Of a DNA stretch of 20,976 bases, positions 19,582 to 20,976 are shown piece by piece. A program made the translations under genes and the position numbers. How positions within the stretch are numbered: the stretch's first letter is position 1; each line of letters opens with the position of its first letter. This DNA is from Catajapyx aquilonaris. Taxonomy: Eukaryota. The DNA lies in assembly GCA_000934665.2 (NCBI GenBank), contig KZ538045.1, forward strand, positions 124,001 through 144,976, written 5' to 3'. The notes under the pieces are model-generated. The model worked only from the letters and a program-made list of their open reading frames with translations, had not been told where the DNA came from and did not search any database.

Positions 19582-20355
19582 ACCGGCACCCGGGGTAAGT
19601 GCATCCCCCCCATCCAATTCCTGCATGCAATTATATTTCTGCTGAGATGGGGGCAGTGCGTCATAATCAAAATCAGAGCTAAAACATGCCATTTACAGAA
19701 TGATGATATCTCAATTTGTTCAGGAGATACGAACTTCATTACGTATAACTGCGTAAGTAAGTAAGTAAGTAAGTCCTCCCCATTTTGACATTTGCTGCTT
19801 TGGAACACAGAAGGCTCAGAGTAAGCTAGTGACACTGCCAGTAAGTGTAACATGTAAAGTAAATGTAGCGTAAGTGTAAAATGTAACATTCACACAGAAA
19901 ATGAACTCAATTATTATGTGGTACATCATGAGTGCACTTACCCCAAGCAGCAGAGGTGCACTTGCCCCAGCCGTACATTTTCCGGGGGGAAGTGCATACC
20001 CCCCCGCCACATTCAATGATTACCCACTTTCATCACTCATACTGTACATACATATAATACTGTTGAACGCCACCACAACTGTGTAGTAGGGACACTGGGT
20101 GATGGAAACTTACCGGAAAAACTCGCTCAGATGTTGCTGGCAGGTATCTCACATCAGGAGTAGGCAGTGCAGAACTCGCGAACCAGCATGTGCTTCTGGA
20201 CAAATAGGGCAGGTAAACCTGCCCTCTTTTGCCAGATTACAAGACCATAGTATTCACTAGTAGGACGACATATGGCGCAGCAATACCTTTCACACATCCC
20301 CAGCTAGCAACCAGAGATGCACTTCCCCCAATTGTGCACTTCCCCCACTTTACCT
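19582..20355. mobile_element. pogo/Tc1-like MITE with repeated GGGGDAAGTGCA subterminal motifs
   Basis: TA flanks. Motif GGGGTAAGTGCATC at 19592 and similar at ~19986; its reverse complement TGCACTTVCCCC at 19934, 19958, 20318 and 20335. Internal (AGTA)n tract. Confidence 0.5.
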
Positions 20356-20357
20356 TA

Positions 20358-20976
20358 ATAGGCGAGCGGTCACTCGGCCTTCTGAGAGGTCCAGTGACCA
20401 CTTCGGGTATAACAAGCAAATGACAATTTTTTTGGAAAGTGCATATCGTGACTGCATCGTACATGAAATTTTTTTGATGTCGGACCCCGGTAAGTGCCCG
20501 AAATGACGTCATCAAGATGGCCGAAATTGAACATTGGTAGGGTGCTAGAAATGAATTTATGGAGCCCCCGGTACTCGTTCTGACTGCGGATTTTGGCTGC
20601 CAAGTTGTTAAGAAGTGCCTAGGCGATAATTACCGAACCATACCGCTTCCTCAGGAATGAGTATGAGGTCACGTGACTGACAAATACGCCAAGCAACTTA
20701 GCAAATTTCAGAGGACATTTCGCTTTAGTCACGTTTTTCTGCTCCCCCTTGAGGTATAGCAGAAAATACTTCCTGTAGACATTGTCGCGGGCTTTATTCT
20801 GGACATTTTGGCATTTATTAGAAGTCCATCGGTTGAGAATTGTTCACAGGAGAGCATTTTTTGTGAGCGAATGCGCGAGTGCGCGAGTAGGTGGCGCATG
20901 GCGCCTGTAGTACGCCAGATGAGTGAAATATTTGTAAGAATTGCGCCTTTAATGATAGAAGCATGAAATTTGGCAC
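20358..20976 (+). mobile_element. CpG-rich non-autonomous element, HINE/Helentron-like, truncated by the window edge
   Basis: Opening hairpin GGTCACTCGGCCT-TCTGAG-AGGTCCAGTGACC, with CAAGATGGCCG and GAAATTTGGCAC core-like motifs. No ORF. Confidence 0.35.

Noticed and set aside
19407..19889. 160-aa minus ORF with a signal-peptide-like start
   Set aside because: Non-ATG start, spans a MITE boundary and an (AGTA)n tract; no family features.
1..20976. CRISPR array, retron, operon or other prokaryotic/viral system
   Set aside because: No regularly spaced direct repeats, no long intronless ORFs and no intact RT, nuclease or transposase. The window is explained by two spliced genes plus TE relics.

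Overview
Eukaryotic genomic DNA, most likely from a non-drosophilid arthropod (inferred from an arthropod-type angiomotin, a Talua-like SINE and general CpG depletion). Two intron-containing genes lie head-to-head around a CpG-rich segment at ~6450-7330. On the minus strand are three coding exons (2598-2354, 1571-1305, 896-483) of an LRR protein with a BC-box/F-box-like N-terminus, continuing off the left edge. On the plus strand is angiomotin (AMOT): a putative 5'UTR exon ending at 7280 and coding exons 11970-12081, 12488-12692, 13414-14010 and 16922-17409, continuing off the right edge. All coding splice junctions were checked by hand for phase; the models need one GC-AG donor and one GAG acceptor. 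The introns are packed with transposon relics: an internally deleted Helitron carrying a nested hAT MITE, a mariner relic, piggyBac-, Harbinger-, Merlin- and Tc1/mariner-type MITEs, two tRNA-SINEs with TSDs, and 'solo-tail' retro-inserts sharing a structured 3' end with both SINEs. There is also a 1.6-kb Tc1 foldback made of two inverted 5' halves. Most ORFs in the supplied track are spurious. No prokaryotic system, CRISPR array or true tRNA/rRNA gene was found.
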